Source of the DNA: Monocercomonoides exilis PA203
Taxonomy: Eukaryota > Protista > Preaxostyla
Assembly (NCBI GenBank): GCA_001643675.2
Contig: LSRY02000001.1
Span: forward strand, 62,001 to 126,000
Length of the DNA: 64,000 bases
Direction: 5' to 3'
Positions 60,712-64,000 of this stretch are shown here, one piece after another. The position numbers and the translations under genes were made by a program. The notes under the pieces are model-generated. The model was not told the origin of the DNA. It did no database searches and was given only the letters and a program-made list of their open reading frames with translations. Positions within the stretch are counted from its first letter, which is position 1; each line of letters starts with the position of its first letter.

Positions 60712-63198
60712 TTAATCAATGGAGCATTCCATCTTCTTTTTAGTGCTACTTGTTTTAGCAACCATTTGAGAGAAAAGATTAGCCAGTCGAAGTGCATTAA
60801 GTGATGGATTTGCGTCAAATGGAGAACTTGGAATACAGACTATCATAAGTCCTTTCGCTTCTCCATTCAAGCAAGGTTGGAGAACACTTGTAAGAACAGA
60901 TTTATTGTATGGAATGTTTGATGAATTTGTTATTCTTGCATTGATAACATCTTTAAAGGTAGCCAAAGATGATAAAGCAGAAGCAGAAGCAGCACAATTA
61001 CATTGATGTGAAATAGGATCTGAGTTGGATAAAGCTGACGTGAATGGAACAGATGATGAAGCTGATTGTTGAGATGAAAATGATAATGACTGACTAAGAG
61101 AAGGTGTGCAAGAAGATGATTGAGAAGATGTTGGAATTAAAGAATAAGATGAAAAAGAAGGGGATTGTGACCCAAAGGAAGAGCCTGAGATTTGTGAAGA
61201 TTCTTGTACCAATGATGATGATGATGGTGATGATGATGGCAATGAAGATGAAGTTGTTGCATTTGGAGAAGCGAAGGTGCCGAGCCATAATGAACCTTTT
61301 GTTGCTTGCCCAGTAATTGTGTTCAGTCCATTCAGAAACAAAATGCACACAAAATGTGATGTCTCGTATACTTCTTTGCTGTATGTCTTCCTCAGGTTGA
61401 AAATGACACTGATATATTTGTCAACATCAGCATCGTTGTCAAACTCAACTTTTACCAATTGATCCAATCCAGAAACAATTGCACTTGTCTCCTGCTGCTT
61501 GCATGCTTCTTCATCCATTGTGGAGGTTGTTGTTTGGGAAGCTTGTGTGAATTGTGCTTCAACTCCAAAAGAAGAAGAAGAAGAAGGTTGAGATGCTTGT
61601 TCTGATTTGCTTTCTTTCAAAACATCGTAAACGTGCTCGCAATAAACGCGAAGACAAACAGCAGAAAACGAATAATTCCATCCTCTTGCCCTCATTTCCT
61701 TTATCATTCCAAACAGCTGCTTCACTGCTCGTGGAATGATGCCAAAAGATGAACAACTATCTCTTAATGCATTTGATCCCTGTTGTGTTGCAAATGATTC
61801 AGTTGGCAAACCTGTGAAAGTTGATGGAGTTGCGCTTGACTGTGGAAGTTGCTCACTTGTTGTGCATTCTCCAATCATTGTGTAATGTTTGCCAGCTCCA
61901 TTGGGACCACTGCAGAATACACAGGAAGTGAAGCCATCAACAGCTGACTGAACTAATGAAGTCACTTCTTCATAAACAGAATCGTTTGTGGACGAATGAT
62001 TGAACACGCGATCAAACTGAAATGTGTATTTCAATAGTTTCTCTCCTTTCTTTCCGCTTTCGTCTTTGCTTAGTTTTTTGATTTCGATTCTCTGATCATC
62101 TCCATTTGACACGACTGCCACGCCACATTCTTTGTCTTTGCTTGTCTCTGCCAAAGCAGCTGTTCCATCACTCTGTAAAAGCGTTGTTGATTTCTGCTGT
62201 CTTGCAAAGCAGGCCTCTTCTTCTTCTGTTTTCGTCATTGGTCGAACTCTGCAAAAAGCCCTCATTGTCCCTTTCAGAAGGAGCAGCTTGTTATGAAGAT
62301 CTCTCCTGATCTTCTCATCATCATGTGCTTTCTCTCTCATTCTCAACAATTTGCAATCGTGCTCAGCCAATATTTTTCTCATCTCGTTGATTTCATTGTG
62401 AAGCAATTGTGATTTCGCTTGAAATGTGCTGACTTGTAACCTAATTTCGACCTGTTGCTGCTCTAGTGTCATTATTGTTCTGTTTCGACTTTCCAAGTTA
62501 TCCTGAAGAAAAGAGCAATCTTTTTTAGTTGATTCCAATTTTGACTGAACGCTTTCGATTTGATCTTCAATTACCTCTTTTTGCCTTTTCGCTTCTTGAA
62601 GTTGAAGCTCGACTTTTGTTTTTTCATTTTCCACCTTTTCAATTTCCTCTTTCCATGTTTCCAAATCTTTTTCAGCAATTCCAGATTTACTCTGAAGAGC
62701 AGCAATTTGTTGAGTGAGTTCGATTTCTCGAGAAGAAGAATCATTTAGTTTCTTCATAAGAGAATCAAACTTTTCTTCAAGATCCTCAAGCTTTCCTTTT
62801 ATATCCCAAGAAGGCCTCTTTCCAGCTGGCTTCGGTTTAGGAATTGATACTCGCGCTGCCACAGATTGAGCTGCTTTTGGACTTTCCAAAGGCAATATCT
62901 TGTGAGCAGATGTTGTCTGATAAGTTATCACTCTCTTTGATTTTATAACAATGTTTTGAATTTGCGTTTCATTTTTTCTTTTTGCTGCAGGACTTTGACG
63001 CTCAATGGAACGCGAGGAAGGTGATTTTTGTTGAGGTGAACTGACAATAGTTGTCACCCTAGTTGTTTTTTCTTTTGATGGTGTTTGAACAGATGAATTG
63101 GATGATAAAATATGATTTCTACTATTTTCAGGACTATTTGAAACTAAAATTTTTGAAACCTGCCGAACTCCAAATTTTGGAAGTGGAATTCGACTCAT
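60712..63198 (-). CDS. Kinesin-14 (Kar3/KIFC1/Ncd-type, C-terminal motor) with degenerate catalytic motifs
   Basis: Tail KRPSWDIKGKLEDLE, coiled coil, neck RRDLHNKLLLLKGTMRAFCRVRP, FQFDRVF, LVQSAVDG, GIIPRAV, IPYNKSVLTSVLQPCLNG. Confidence 0.92.
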   Translation of the reverse strand: MSRIPLPKFGVRQVSKILVSNSPENSRNHILSSNSSVQTPSKEKTTRVTTIVSSPQQKSPSSRSIERQSPAAKRKNETQIQNIVIKSKRVITYQTTSAHKILPLESPKAAQSVAARVSIPKPKPAGKRPSWDIKGKLEDLEEKFDSLMKKLNDSSSREIELTQQIAALQSKSGIAEKDLETWKEEIEKVENEKTKVELQLQEAKRQKEVIEDQIESVQSKLESTKKDCSFLQDNLESRNRTIMTLEQQQVEIRLQVSTFQAKSQLLHNEINEMRKILAEHDCKLLRMREKAHDDEKIRRDLHNKLLLLKGTMRAFCRVRPMTKTEEEEACFARQQKSTTLLQSDGTAALAETSKDKECGVAVVSNGDDQRIEIKKLSKDESGKKGEKLLKYTFQFDRVFNHSSTNDSVYEEVTSLVQSAVDGFTSCVFCSGPNGAGKHYTMIGECTTSEQLPQSSATPSTFTGLPTESFATQQGSNALRDSCSSFGIIPRAVKQLFGMIKEMRARGWNYSFSAVCLRVYCEHVYDVLKESKSEQASQPSSSSSFGVEAQFTQASQTTTSTMDEEACKQQETSAIVSGLDQLVKVEFDNDADVDKYISVIFNLRKTYSKEVYETSHFVCILFLNGLNTITGQATKGSLWLGTFASPNATTSSSLPSSSPSSSSLVQESSQISGSSFGSQSPSFSSYSLIPTSSQSSSCTPSLSQSLSFSSQQSASSSVPFTSALSNSDPISHQCNCAASASALSSLATFKDVINARITNSSNIPYNKSVLTSVLQPCLNGEAKGLMIVCIPSSPFDANPSLNALRLANLFSQMVAKTSSTKKKMECSID

Positions 63199-63261
63199 TA
63201 ATAAAATAAAAAATACTTTTAAAAATATAATAAATTCTATAAAGGGAAAGATCAAAGTTTT

Positions 63262-64000
63262 TCATTTTTCTTCATCAGGTTTTACCCATTCAGATCTTTG
63301 AGCAAGCAACCCTTCTGATATATGCGGCAATTCAGATGTTTGCGTTTCGCTTAATCCTTCCTGTTGTTCTTCTTCAATCACTTCTTGCGAATCATCAATT
63401 TTTTCTAAATCTTGACTGGATGAATTATTCTTTTCTGCTTTCCCTCTGAATGGCTCAAGCGGAGTGAAAGGAGTAAAGCGAGTATAGAATGTGTATGAAG
63501 GCAGCTCTGTCTTCTCATTCCCCACTGCTGGATAAGCAGGCGGAGGGAGAGGAGGAAGCTGAGAAAGAGGTGAAAGTGGAGAAAACAAAGGCAAATGAGG
63601 TGAAGCAGCAGAAGAATTAGAGCCAAGAGCAGGCATTGTGTGGAAGTATGGATGAATGCCATGTTGATTAAGAGCAGCAACAGCAGAAGGGGAAGAAACA
63701 GAGGAAGAAGAAGAAGAGGAAGAGGAAGAAGAAGAATAAGGCGATAGAGAAGCAGTTAATGTGCTCATCACCTTCTCCAGCTCTTCCAACTGTCTTTGAA
63801 GTTCTTTCTGTTGTCTTCTTCTCTGGCTGTGCTGATGCTCATGATGTCCATACGAATTGTGATGATATCCATTCTTATGCTCTTTGCCTCCTCTTCCTCT
63901 TTCTCCTCCTCTTCTTCTTCTATTTCTGTTTCCATTTTTATTTTTATTCCTCTTTCCTCCTCCTCCTTCTCTTTCTTCTCTTTCACCAAACCCATTTGCT
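63262..64000 (-). CDS. 3' part of a low-complexity hypothetical protein extending beyond the window
   Basis: The frame of ORF 63262-63789 stays open to 63999 (ANGFGEREE..RNKNKNG..QKELQRQLEELEK). Confidence 0.75.
   Translation of the reverse strand, partial: ANGFGEREEREGGGGKRNKNKNGNRNRRRRGGERGRGGKEHKNGYHHNSYGHHEHQHSQRRRQQKELQRQLEELEKVMSTLTASLSPYSSSSSSSSSSSSVSSPSAVAALNQHGIHPYFHTMPALGSNSSAASPHLPLFSPLSPLSQLPPLPPPAYPAVGNEKTELPSYTFYTRFTPFTPLEPFRGKAEKNNSSSQDLEKIDDSQEVIEEEQQEGLSETQTSELPHISEGLLAQRSEWVKPDEEK

Noticed and set aside
1-64000. Non-standard genetic code (TAA/TAG as Gln, or TGA recoding)
   Set aside because: YjbQ ends in TAA and the TMEM50-like gene in TAG at the expected C-termini, and multi-kb ORFs have no internal stops. 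In-frame stops cluster in frameshifted transposons.

Overview
AT-rich eukaryotic DNA with short GT-AG introns and the standard genetic code. Gene families and poly-Ser tracts suggest an oxymonad such as Monocercomonoides; this is an inference. The left ~41 kb is accessory DNA. It holds a decayed DIRS-type tyrosine-recombinase retrotransposon (1-3.75 kb) and two giant convergent receptor-like genes (5.4-14.4 kb + and 18.0-26.1 kb -). These share a near-identical ~2.5 kb inverted repeat (TM helix, pseudokinase tail, 3' flank) but have highly divergent beta-helix ectodomains containing a compositionally distinct segment. Next comes a DNA-transposon cluster: two Merlin/IS1595-like copies (one with two nested MITEs) and two intron-containing pogo-like elements. 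A lineage-specific repeat-family gene and an intronless 12 x 30-aa repeat protein also lie here. The right ~22 kb is gene-dense: two large low-complexity proteins, a bacterial-type YjbQ with four introns, TMEM50/Vps68, coiled-coil proteins and a kinesin-14 with degenerate ATPase motifs. The best candidates for new biology are the constant-tail/variable-ectodomain receptor pair and the 30-aa repeat protein.
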